Shown here piece by piece: positions 31,443-40,628 of a stretch of DNA of 64,000 nt (positions within the stretch are counted from its first letter, which is position 1; each line of letters opens with the position of its first letter). This DNA is from Candidatus Altimarinota bacterium. Lineage in GTDB: Bacteria > Patescibacteriota > Gracilibacteria > JBDHUY01. The position numbers and the translations under genes are program-made. The stretch spans positions 96,001 through 160,000 of the forward strand of contig JBDHUY010000001.1 of NCBI GenBank assembly GCA_039809385.1. The letters are read 5' to 3'. The notes beneath the pieces were generated by a model. That model was not told where the DNA came from and did not search any database. It was given only the letters and a program-made list of their open reading frames with translations.

Positions 31443-31760
31443 CAAGCTATCAGCAAACAGCGGTCAGCTGACAGCGGGAACAGACAGGGAGCAAGCTATC
31501 GGCGAGCAGCGGTCAGTAGAAACTGTGAAATTGATAGAAACTTATTGAAATTGGTTGCCCTTCCTGCAGTCACTCTGACTCTGAGCGGAGCGAAGAGGAA
31601 GAGTCTCATACGTACTTCATGCATGTAGAACCAGGTAAACGGCACTATTTGAAATTTGGATTTGGACATTTGTCATTCTTTTGATATTTACATTCATGCA
31701 TACCTTTCCTCTATCTTTCTCATTATGGAGTGGCTGAAAAGTCTCCAAGACATTGTATCA

Positions 31761-31983
31761 GTCATTCCGGCCCCGAAGGGGAGCCTTGCTCTTGCCCGCC
31801 TGCCCCGCCTTCTGGCGTGGGGAATCCGGGTACTGGTACTACAGTATGAACAAGAGTGATGTTCACTGTTATTACCTGATAGAGAGGAATGAATCGTGAT
31901 ATTCTCTCCATGGAATTACACTTCAATGAGTGCCTTAAACAAAGCTCTGTGCGTGTACGGATGCTGGGCGGAGCCAGCATGAC
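31761..31983. repeat. GTCA...TGAC-type structured repeat, copy 1 (upstream of fba)
   Basis: GTCATTCCGGCC...GAAGGGGAGCC...GAATCCGGGTAC ... TACGGATGCTGG.CGG.GCCAGCATGAC; clearly homologous to 32966-33157. Confidence 0.8.
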
Positions 31984-32063
31984 AAGAAAAAAACACCAAT
32001 GTATATACTTTCCCCATACTTAATACTTACTACATCATACTTTATACTTTTCCCCTTCTCCCC

Positions 32064-32903
32064 ATGCTGATCGATGCAAAAATGCTTCTCTCTGAAGCCA
32101 AAAAACAAAAAAAGGCGATTGCCGCGCTCAATACCTCGAGCGTCGAATGTACCCAGGCCATTTTCGAGGCCGCCGCCGAGCTAAAGGCGCCCCTCATTGT
32201 TTCGACCTCGGAAGGCGAATCGAAGCATTTGTTACCCGAAGTTGCGATCAATTTGTGCCAGACTCTGTCAAAAATCCATGGAGTAGACTATGTCCTGCAC
32301 CTGGACCATGGGAAAGATATTCCTTATATTGCGAAGTGTCTTGAGGCCGGCTATACCTCGATTCATGTCGATTATTCCGAACTTCCGCTGGAGGAAAATA
32401 TCGCCAAGACCATGGAAGTGCGGACACTCACCGACCAGTATGGCGCACAACTGGAAGGCGAAGTTGGCATTATTCCCTATAACTACTACGAAGTCACCAA
32501 AGAGCTCGAAGTCACCGACCCCGAAACGGCCAAGCTCTATGTAGAAAAAACACAAGTCGATTCGCTGGCAGTCTCGATCGGCACCGAACACGGGAAGTTC
32601 AAACGGGTCAAAGAGTTGAAAATCGATGCTCTGCAAAAGTTGAATGAAGTTTTACCCGAGATGCCGTTTGTGCTGCACGGCGGCTCATTTTTACCCGACG
32701 AACAATATCTGCTGGCAATCCAAGACGGAATCGCTAAAATAAATATCAATGCCGAGATTCGCATGGCCTATAGCGAAACTTTGAAAAAGAATCTGGAAAA
32801 CAACCCCGATGAGTATGCTCCTTTTCGTCTGCTCAAGGGGGTCAAAGAGGCGATGAAGGACGTGGCGAAGAAGAAGATAGAACTGTTCTATCGTGGGCAA
32901 TAA
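32064..32903 (+). CDS. fba: Class II fructose/ketose-bisphosphate aldolase
   Basis: VLHLDHG, GYTSIHVD.S, EGEVG, VDSLAVSIGTEHG, VLHGGS, KININ. Confidence 0.93.
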   Translation: MLIDAKMLLSEAKKQKKAIAALNTSSVECTQAIFEAAAELKAPLIVSTSEGESKHLLPEVAINLCQTLSKIHGVDYVLHLDHGKDIPYIAKCLEAGYTSIHVDYSELPLEENIAKTMEVRTLTDQYGAQLEGEVGIIPYNYYEVTKELEVTDPETAKLYVEKTQVDSLAVSIGTEHGKFKRVKELKIDALQKLNEVLPEMPFVLHGGSFLPDEQYLLAIQDGIAKININAEIRMAYSETLKKNLENNPDEYAPFRLLKGVKEAMKDVAKKKIELFYRGQ

Positions 32904-32965
32904 AAAAACGGAGCCAATAGATTCATGTAAAAGGGTATCTGAGAAATTTTCAAGCCATGGGATCT

Positions 32966-33157
32966 GTCATTCCGGCCATGAAGGGGAGCCTTTGGCTCTT
33001 GCCTGCCTGTCCCGCCTTGGCGTGGAGAATCCGGGTACAGACAGTACAATTGTGAAGAAGAGTAGTGTGCACTTTACTACCTATCTGGAGTACCTCCTCA
33101 TTGAGTGCTTAAAACAAACTGCGTGCCTATACGGATGCTGGACGGGGCCAGCATGAC
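32966..33157. repeat. GTCA...TGAC-type structured repeat, copy 2 (downstream of fba)
   Basis: Same orientation and same termini as 31761-31983. Confidence 0.8.
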
Positions 33158-33383
33158 TGGGATGGGAAAAAAGAACGATCTATGTTTTTCAGACAGGCTC
33201 TTAGATACCTCTCTCTAAAATCCCAATTTCAAAATCCAAATGAAAAAAATAAGAAAAATTGCTTCACTTAAACTTTGACTTTTGAACTTTGAGATTTGAA
33301 CTTCTTTTGATATTTGAACTTTGTCATTTGATATTCAAGAATCCCATTCATAATTTATCATTCATCATTAATAATTCCCTTCT

Positions 33384-34139
33384 ATGCTCACCCGCGACGA
33401 ACTCCTCAAACACAAGCCTCTGATCATGGCCGGCCCGTGCGCCGTCGAATCGAAAGAGCAAATTACGAGCATTGCCGAAGCGCTCGCGCCAATGGGCGTG
33501 CACGTTTTACGATCGCAATTCTGGAAACCGCGTACATCAGCCGCCGACTTTCAGGGAGTAGGCGAAGCCGGGTTTGCCTGGGTGCGGGAAATTAAAGAAA
33601 AAACCGGGCTGCTGGTGGCTACAGAAATTGTCGATAAAGATCATATTCCGCTCACCCACGGCACTTCGGATATTCTATGGGTAGGCGCGCGGAACATGCA
33701 AAACTTCGAGCTCCTGAAAGCCTTGGCCAAAGATGACCGTCCGGTTATTCTCAAGCGCGGATTTATCAATACGATGAAAGAGTGGCTGGCTTCCGCCGAT
33801 TATATCGGACGCGAACGGGTAATCCTGTGCGAACGGGGCGTCCGGACCGGCGCCGATAGTATGCGCTTTACACTCGATATCAACAGCGCCCTGGTAGCCA
33901 AGCACGATCACGGCATGCCGGTCATCGCGGATCCTTCCCATACGACCGGACGACGGGATATGGTACCAGCCATGACACTTGCCAGTGTGGCGGCCGGACT
34001 CGACGGGATTGTGGTGGAAGTCCATAACGATCCGGAAAACGCGCTCTCGGACAGTAAGCAGCAGATCACCCCGGAAACGTTTAAAGACCTTTTGGATAAA
34101 GTACGGAAGGTGTATGCGATAGCCACAGGAATCGCTTAA
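33384..34139 (+). CDS. aroF: DAHP synthase type I-beta without N-terminal regulatory domain
   Basis: IMAGPCAVES, FWKPRTS, FQGVG, VGARNMQNFELL, ILKRG, LCERG, DPSH, VEVHNDPENALSD; 251 aa. Confidence 0.93.
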   Translation: MLTRDELLKHKPLIMAGPCAVESKEQITSIAEALAPMGVHVLRSQFWKPRTSAADFQGVGEAGFAWVREIKEKTGLLVATEIVDKDHIPLTHGTSDILWVGARNMQNFELLKALAKDDRPVILKRGFINTMKEWLASADYIGRERVILCERGVRTGADSMRFTLDINSALVAKHDHGMPVIADPSHTTGRRDMVPAMTLASVAAGLDGIVVEVHNDPENALSDSKQQITPETFKDLLDKVRKVYAIATGIA

Positions 34140-34349
34140 AGAAGAGAATACGCAAATTATGAATCATGATGGATGAATGGAATATCAAATGACAATCCAC
34201 CACGGCGGACAAATGCCAAAAGAATGACAAATATCCAAACCCAAATTTAAAAGAGTGCCGATTCAATGAATTTCTACGAATTTCAATAAATTTCCACGAT
34301 TTTCTCTCAACTTTGATATTTGATTTTTGAACTTTTATTCCCCAGCTAG

Positions 34350-34531
34350 GTCACTCCGGCTTGTCCGGAGTCCGGGAACAGCAACAAACACTTAAATGAG
34401 ATTTACGGCATCTCAGATCACGGGAGTACAGATGCGAGAAGCTTTATTTACGAGCCAATATGAGTATTGAAACGAACACATGCCAAACCCGGATCCTGGG
34501 CAAGCCAGGATCCTGGGCAAGCCAGGATGAC
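34350..34531. repeat. REP-like GTCA...TGAC element with internal 17-bp tandem duplication
   Basis: GTCACTCCGGCTTGTCCGGAGTCC ... (GGATCCTGGGCAAGCCA)x2 GGATGAC. Confidence 0.7.
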
Positions 34532-34688
34532 GGAGTCGAGGGAATATATTGGAACTTTTGAGATTCTAGGTAGATATTAGGATTTGGGACATGGGATTTT
34601 TTTGGATCTTTTTTCGTTTTAAACTTTGAATTTAATTTCAAACTTAGACATTTGGTATTTATTCCTTACCTCAACCTCCCTTACCTTC

Positions 34689-35762
34689 ATGTTAAAAAAT
34701 CCCGTGGTTGCCCGCGACCTGGCCGCACTCCGCGACACCATTACCGGACTGGACGAAACGCTCATTAGGACACTCGAGAAGCGTTTAAAAATTGCCGAGC
34801 AAATCGGGAAAATAAAGCGCCAAAAAGGACTCCCTTTGACCGATCCGGCGCGGGAAAAAGAGCTGTTGACCGTATTGAAAAAAAGCGCCAAAAGTTCACT
34901 GTTCAAATCACAGATTGAACCGCTTTATAAGGTCATCTTCGAGATGTCGAAAGCACAGCAGCGTGCTGTAAAAAAGCCATTCACGGCTCCTGTATCGATC
35001 GGCATTATCGGTTATGGACGCTTCGGGCAATTACTCGCAGATATTTTTCGCACCCACTGGCAAGGGGCCAGGATTCTTGTTTTTTCTAAGACGCAAGCAG
35101 CGGACCACGTGCTGTTTTTTCCTTTAGAAGCTATCTCGCAGTGCGATATCGTACTGCCTTGCGTGCCGATTTCGTCTCTGAAAAACACATTGCAAGAGAT
35201 AGCCCCGTTGTTAAAAGACGGAGCCACGGTGATCGACGTATGTTCGGTGAAGGTCGCACCGGTCGAATGGATGAAAAGAATCGTAAAGCAGAAGGCCGGC
35301 ATTATCGCGACGCATCCCATGTTCGGCCCCGACAGTACCCGTCAGGGCAAACAGTTAGCCGGGCTCAATATGATGCTCTATAACGTTTCGGCTAAAAAAA
35401 GCATATACGATCTGTGGAAAAGCTTTTGGGATTTTCTGGAAATGCATACGGTGGAAATCACCCCCCGCGAGCACGACCGGTTTGCGGCCTATACGATCAA
35501 CTATAACCATTTAATTGGTCGGATCGGCGAAAAAATCGGTATCCGGGAAACGCCGATCGATACCGCCGGCTTCAGTGTCATTTACCAAGCTCTCACCTAT
35601 GTAGTCAACGACTCGTGGCAATTGTTTCTTGATATGCAGCGCTATAATCCGTATGCGGGAGAAATGCGAAAAAAAATAGCAAGGGCGCTACGAGAGATTG
35701 AAGAAGAAATTAAGCAATCTGGGAGGAAGAAGCTCATAAGTAAAAATGCTACGGTCAATTGA
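34689..35762 (+). CDS. tyrA: Bifunctional chorismate mutase / prephenate(arogenate) dehydrogenase
   Basis: AroQ motif LRDTITGLD...R...IGKIK...DPARE; Rossmann GIIGYGRFG, DVCSVK, THPMFGP, EHDR; start at ATG 34689. Confidence 0.92.
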   Translation: MLKNPVVARDLAALRDTITGLDETLIRTLEKRLKIAEQIGKIKRQKGLPLTDPAREKELLTVLKKSAKSSLFKSQIEPLYKVIFEMSKAQQRAVKKPFTAPVSIGIIGYGRFGQLLADIFRTHWQGARILVFSKTQAADHVLFFPLEAISQCDIVLPCVPISSLKNTLQEIAPLLKDGATVIDVCSVKVAPVEWMKRIVKQKAGIIATHPMFGPDSTRQGKQLAGLNMMLYNVSAKKSIYDLWKSFWDFLEMHTVEITPREHDRFAAYTINYNHLIGRIGEKIGIRETPIDTAGFSVIYQALTYVVNDSWQLFLDMQRYNPYAGEMRKKIARALREIEEEIKQSGRKKLISKNATVN

Positions 35763-35852
35763 AATATCAAGACACAAACTTCAAATAAAATCCAAAAAAG
35801 TTCCAAGCATACCCTTGAAGATTTTTTACTTTCTTATTCTTACGTTTTTATT

Positions 35853-36044
35853 ATGAGTCCAGAACTACCTACACCTGATATTGAAATCAATACAGAAGAA
35901 ACTGGCAAACCAGGTACACAACCCCAACGAAAGCCGGATGATCAGGAAGTTCAAACTGGAACAACTGAAATTAAAAGAGCTGTTAACGATGTGGGAGGAT
36001 GGGGCGAAGATTCGCGAGCATTTGGAAGTGGGTTTGTGAATTAA
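35853..36044 (+). CDS. Small acidic hypothetical protein
   Basis: 63-aa ATG ORF co-oriented within the aromatic cluster. Confidence 0.4.
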   Translation: MSPELPTPDIEINTEETGKPGTQPQRKPDDQEVQTGTTEIKRAVNDVGGWGEDSRAFGSGFVN

Positions 36045-36353
36045 GGAAATGCGGTGGAAGAAGAGAGCATCCGTGACTCTTCGCTTCGCTCAGAGTGACG
36101 GTGTGCAGAGAATCGTGAACCTGTGCCTATGCTCAGGCTACTATGCTGCCCTGAACCCCCTACCCCCACCAATTCAGAGGGGGACGAATAAGGTAGGCCC
36201 TGTATCCAATTTTGAATTTTGCACTTTGAACTTTTCATTTCTGCCGTCCTGCTCTTCGCTGATCGCTGGCTGCTTACAGCCCGCAGGGGCAGACACACGG
36301 GTCTGCACCCTACAGATTTGACTTTTACCTTTTGACTTTTGACCTACCTTCCC

Positions 36354-37178
36354 ATGCTCCTCTCCATCCAGGGTAACCGCGGCTCGTTTCACCATATTGT
36401 CGCGCAGAATATTTTCGGGTCCGATATCGAACTGATAGAACGAGATACGTTTCGGGAGGTATTTGACGATACCAAAAACGGAAGTTGCGACTACGGGATC
36501 GTGGCGATCGAAAACTCGATTGCGGGTTCGATCCATGAAAACTACGACCACCTGGTACGATACGACCTTTTTATCCAAAGGGAGTACTATTTACGCATCG
36601 AACAACAACTGATCGCGCATCAAAACGTTACGACCGAGAACATCCGTCAGGTTTTTTCCCACCCGATGGCGATCAAACAATGTCGAGATTTTCTGGAGCT
36701 CTATCCAGAGTGGCAGATCGTCGAAGCCGCCGATACCGCCGGTAGTGTTGCGAAAATCAAAAACGAAGGTCGGCTCGATGCCGCGGCTATCGCAAGCGAC
36801 CTGGCAGCAACAATTCACGACATGAACATTGTGGCCCACAGCATTCAGACCGAAAAACAGAACTACACACGATTTTTCGTACTGGGCAAAGACCATACAT
36901 TCCTCCCGATCTCGGACAAAACTTCCCTGGTGTTTACGACCAAAAACGAGGCTGGCGCGCTGGTAAAAATTTTGAACCTCCTGGGCACTGCCAATATCAA
37001 CATGTCCAAACTCGAATCACGGCCCGTTGCTTCCAAGACCTGGGAATATTACTTCTACTTGGACGTGGAGAAAAACTTACTCGATCCGAACTGCGCCGAA
37101 CTATTAGCCCAGATACAAGACTACACGACATGGTTCAAAGTACTGGGAGTCTATCCGCGGGAACAGGGGGTGGTGTAG
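36354..37178 (+). CDS. pheA: Prephenate dehydratase with ACT domain
   Basis: QGNRGSF, AIENSIAGSI, SHPMAIKQC, NYTRFF, KTSLVF, INMSKLESRP, WEYYFYLD, LGVYP; start at ATG 36354. Confidence 0.95.
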   Translation: MLLSIQGNRGSFHHIVAQNIFGSDIELIERDTFREVFDDTKNGSCDYGIVAIENSIAGSIHENYDHLVRYDLFIQREYYLRIEQQLIAHQNVTTENIRQVFSHPMAIKQCRDFLELYPEWQIVEAADTAGSVAKIKNEGRLDAAAIASDLAATIHDMNIVAHSIQTEKQNYTRFFVLGKDHTFLPISDKTSLVFTTKNEAGALVKILNLLGTANINMSKLESRPVASKTWEYYFYLDVEKNLLDPNCAELLAQIQDYTTWFKVLGVYPREQGVV

Positions 37179-37394
37179 AGGAACAGTGAAAAGCGGTTAG
37201 CGATTAGCGGTCAGCAAAGACAGCGTGAAAAATGCAAAATGAAAAATTCAAAGTTGAAACACAGAATCTTTCTCCCGCTTCTATACTTTATCATGATTCA
37301 TACTTCACGCTTTATGCTCCCGGCCTAGCTATGGACTGTAAGCTGTTAGCCTCTGCCCTACTCCCCTCTCCTATCTCCCAACTCCTCCCTCTCT

Positions 37395-38576
37395 ATGTCT
37401 TCCTTTCCCCTACCCCACATAACACCCGAACCATCCGCGACAGTCACGATCAACTCGCTGGCAGCCGAGAAAAAAGCGCACGGAGAACTCGTCTATAATC
37501 TGGCTGCCGGCGAACCGGTTCTCTCTCCTCACCGAGGAGTCGTGGAGCAGGTGGAAGATGCGTTGAAAAAAGGCTATACGCTCTACCCGCCGGTGCAGGG
37601 AATCGGGCGTCTCATCGAACTGGCCCGCAACTGGATGAACGAGCAATACGGAAGCGACTTCTCCACCTTCGAAACGCTGGTCACGCCGGGAGGAAAGTTC
37701 GGGATATTTCTGCTGCTGCAGGCTTATTTACAACCCGGCAACGAAGTCATTATTCCGGCTCCTTACTGGGTTTCCTACACCGGCATGGTACGGTTGTTCG
37801 GGGGAAAAACCACCATTCTGGCAACCCGCCCGGAGCAAGACTGGAAATTTACGCCCCACGAACTGGAACAAGTTTGTACCGAAAAAAGTAAGATACTGCT
37901 CCTCAATAACGGTGCCAATCCCACCGGCGTGCTGTATAGCAAAGAAGAACTGGAGGCCATTTTAACTGTAGCACAGAGAAAAAACCTGATCGTTATTTCC
38001 GACGAAGTATACAGTGAACTGGTCTACGATCGCGCACGCCCCTATGTCTCGTGTGCGAGTTTTCCGGAATACCGCGACCATCTGTTTGTCATTCAAAGTT
38101 GCTCAAAGCACTTTGCTATGACCGGGTGGCGGGTTGGATTCGTATTCGGGAATGAAAAAATTCTAAAGATCCTGACCATGCTGGTGAGCCAAAGTACCAG
38201 CGGCACCGGGACGATCGACCAGTATGCCGCGATCGGAGCTTTTGAGCACGCCGCAGAAATTCAGCAGGGGGTCCGTTCTGCCATGCAACAACGACGGGAT
38301 CTATTCGTCCGTGGATTAGAAAAGATCCTGGAGCAAACTCTGCCCATGCCGCCGGCGGCTCTGTATAGCTTTGTCCCCATTTCGTTATTCGGATACCGAG
38401 ACAATTCCTCTGCGGCTTTTTGCGAAGAACTTCTGAGAGAAACCAATATCGCGGCTGTTCCGGGGATTGCGTTCGGCCAGGAAGGGTATGTACGCTTTGC
38501 CTTCGGCGAAAACGAAGAAGTGCTGCGTGGAGCATTACAGGCTTTGGAGAAACGAAGAATGAATTTATGTGGATAG
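37395..38576 (+). CDS. Class I/II PLP aminotransferase (aspartate/aromatic type)
   Basis: LAAGEP, PAPYWVSY, NNGANPTG, ISDEVY, SCSKHFAMTGWRVG, VPGIAFG..GYVRF. Confidence 0.93.
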   Translation: MSSFPLPHITPEPSATVTINSLAAEKKAHGELVYNLAAGEPVLSPHRGVVEQVEDALKKGYTLYPPVQGIGRLIELARNWMNEQYGSDFSTFETLVTPGGKFGIFLLLQAYLQPGNEVIIPAPYWVSYTGMVRLFGGKTTILATRPEQDWKFTPHELEQVCTEKSKILLLNNGANPTGVLYSKEELEAILTVAQRKNLIVISDEVYSELVYDRARPYVSCASFPEYRDHLFVIQSCSKHFAMTGWRVGFVFGNEKILKILTMLVSQSTSGTGTIDQYAAIGAFEHAAEIQQGVRSAMQQRRDLFVRGLEKILEQTLPMPPAALYSFVPISLFGYRDNSSAAFCEELLRETNIAAVPGIAFGQEGYVRFAFGENEEVLRGALQALEKRRMNLCG

Positions 38577-38735
38577 TATACCCACAATATACTCATGTTT
38601 GCGAAAAATCCTTCCTCGATTTTGTATTGCGAACCGCTGAACGCTAATCGCTAAGAGATTCTCCTTTTTCGCATAATCTATTCTTTTCAGGATAGAAGTA
38701 CATTTCTGCTATAATGAAAGAAATGACTCCTCGCT

Positions 38736-40544
38736 ATGAACTCCGAAAAACTGCAGCAAAGATTTCCGGATATCTACCAAACCTTTTTTCAGCAGGCTCC
38801 GCTGGTAGCTGCTGCTCCTTTTTCCATGACCTGGATGACCGACAGCAGCATTCGTTTTCGGGGTGCGGTGATTCGTCAGAAAATTCCGCTGAAGGGATAT
38901 GTGGGAGTGGAAGAAACAGGACAAGCGGGTGAAATTTCGCTGGGTACGGTAACCTGGTATGAATCCGGACAGGACCGGTTCTCAACTCCGGCGCCTTTAT
39001 CGTCGATCTTTGCTCAGACCAAGGAAGTAGCGAAGTATATGGAGTCTCATTTTTCCGTAAAGCTAGGCTCGCGGGGTATTCGCTTCCATGCTCTGCTGGA
39101 AATGGCGATTGACCGGGGGATGAGTTGTCATGCCACTCTGACCGCCTTAATAGCGTTTCTGCTCTGTTATAGGACGAACCAGGTCAGCTCCGAGCAAATC
39201 AAACAATGGAGGGACGTGTCGGTGGAAGAACTGCTGAAAAATGACACATATGGTTTCACGAAGGTAGCCGAACACGGCCGTAATATGGATCACATTACCA
39301 AATACGGCAATACCTGGGGTACCGGGGTGATCTCCAGTCTGGTTCCTTCCAGGTTTCCTTTTGTCACGTTTCCTCAGCAAAAACCGGAAGTAAACTTGGA
39401 AGAGATCATGAAAGAAAAGATGGACGTACTCTCCTACCGCCTCAACGAACTATTTCCCCAGCTGCCTCGAAAAGTATCGTGGCCTATCGACTATGCGATC
39501 ATCTTTTCGGGGAAACTCTTGAATTTGGAAAATTCTCTGCAGAAAACTCTGACAAAAAGCAAAGAACTAGAAGATATACAAGCTCATTTACGGCTCATAA
39601 AAGCAGAACAGGTAGATAAGACCGCGTTATTTACTATGAAAGTTAAACAAACAAACAGCTTTGAAAATACGTTTTTAGAGACGAACGCAATCGTATCGCT
39701 CATGCTGGTATCACAACTTGCAAAAATGATGTTAAAAAGCCACGATGAACGTGAAGCAGAAATGTTTATTGAATATATGAAAAAACGCCACAGTGCCGCC
39801 ACAGTGATGGATCCGGTATCGCCCTACATTACCAAATTTCTTGCCCGTTTAAATAGTCAATTGGCCTCCGGAAAACAGTATAACAACTATGCTACATTTT
39901 GCTTTGACGATATTACTTTAGGAGGAAGCATTGGATTCGTAAGCTTAAAAGGGATACAACGGGATATATTCTCAAATACGGCCAACAAGATTGTCAAAGA
40001 ATTTCCAGTCTCATCAATCGATTATATGAGTTGGGAGGACGGCAGCTGTGATGATGGTGTAGAGATATTGCAAGATATTGAAAAGAAAACCTTTTCTCGT
40101 TACATACCCCCGGAAAGCATAATCATGAGTAGATTTGAAGGAAAAACCTCCCCTCAGCGCCTCCTTACTTCCCATAGTGCCGTAAACATTTCAGAAACAA
40201 CGGGTCTGGTCTTGGACACCATACAAGAAAAAATATTCATTAACGGTGTAGCTCCTACGAGTAAAGAACTTCACTCACACAAAGTAACAATTCAGCTTCT
40301 ACGATTTCTGCTTTCGTCGAAGAATCATGAAATTAGCAATAAAGACCTGCCTCGCTCGGCATATTCTCTCAGCAAAAACGAGATGGAAGGGAAAATTGTT
40401 CGCCCCTTTAACTCACTAATAAAAACCAAACTTGGAAAAGACGAAAACTTCCTCATATGCATTGGAAATAATACAGATTTTTGTGTATATATGAATATGA
40501 ATACTATCAATATAAATCTATATCAAAAACTGTTTGAGTTTTAA
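38736..40544 (+). CDS. GHMP-kinase-fold protein (degenerate motifs) with possible C-terminal winged-helix domain
   Basis: APFSMTWMTDSSIRFRGAVIRQKIPLKGYVGV resembles GHMP motif I; MAIDRGMSCHATL resembles PxxxGLxSSA; C-terminal LVLDT..KIFING...LLRFLL...ISNKDL resembles OmpR-type wHTH. Confidence 0.55.
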   Translation: MNSEKLQQRFPDIYQTFFQQAPLVAAAPFSMTWMTDSSIRFRGAVIRQKIPLKGYVGVEETGQAGEISLGTVTWYESGQDRFSTPAPLSSIFAQTKEVAKYMESHFSVKLGSRGIRFHALLEMAIDRGMSCHATLTALIAFLLCYRTNQVSSEQIKQWRDVSVEELLKNDTYGFTKVAEHGRNMDHITKYGNTWGTGVISSLVPSRFPFVTFPQQKPEVNLEEIMKEKMDVLSYRLNELFPQLPRKVSWPIDYAIIFSGKLLNLENSLQKTLTKSKELEDIQAHLRLIKAEQVDKTALFTMKVKQTNSFENTFLETNAIVSLMLVSQLAKMMLKSHDEREAEMFIEYMKKRHSAATVMDPVSPYITKFLARLNSQLASGKQYNNYATFCFDDITLGGSIGFVSLKGIQRDIFSNTANKIVKEFPVSSIDYMSWEDGSCDDGVEILQDIEKKTFSRYIPPESIIMSRFEGKTSPQRLLTSHSAVNISETTGLVLDTIQEKIFINGVAPTSKELHSHKVTIQLLRFLLSSKNHEISNKDLPRSAYSLSKNEMEGKIVRPFNSLIKTKLGKDENFLICIGNNTDFCVYMNMNTININLYQKLFEF

Positions 40545-40628
40545 CAGAAAAAAGCTCGTGAAGGAAATAGGAATCATTTTTTGACGTATGGTATCTTAAA
40601 CGTAAATACAGGTTCTTGGGTATTAATA

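Noticed and set aside
31761-34531. CRISPR array
   Set aside because: Repeats are long, diverged and separated by genes; no regular repeat-spacer periodicity and no cas genes
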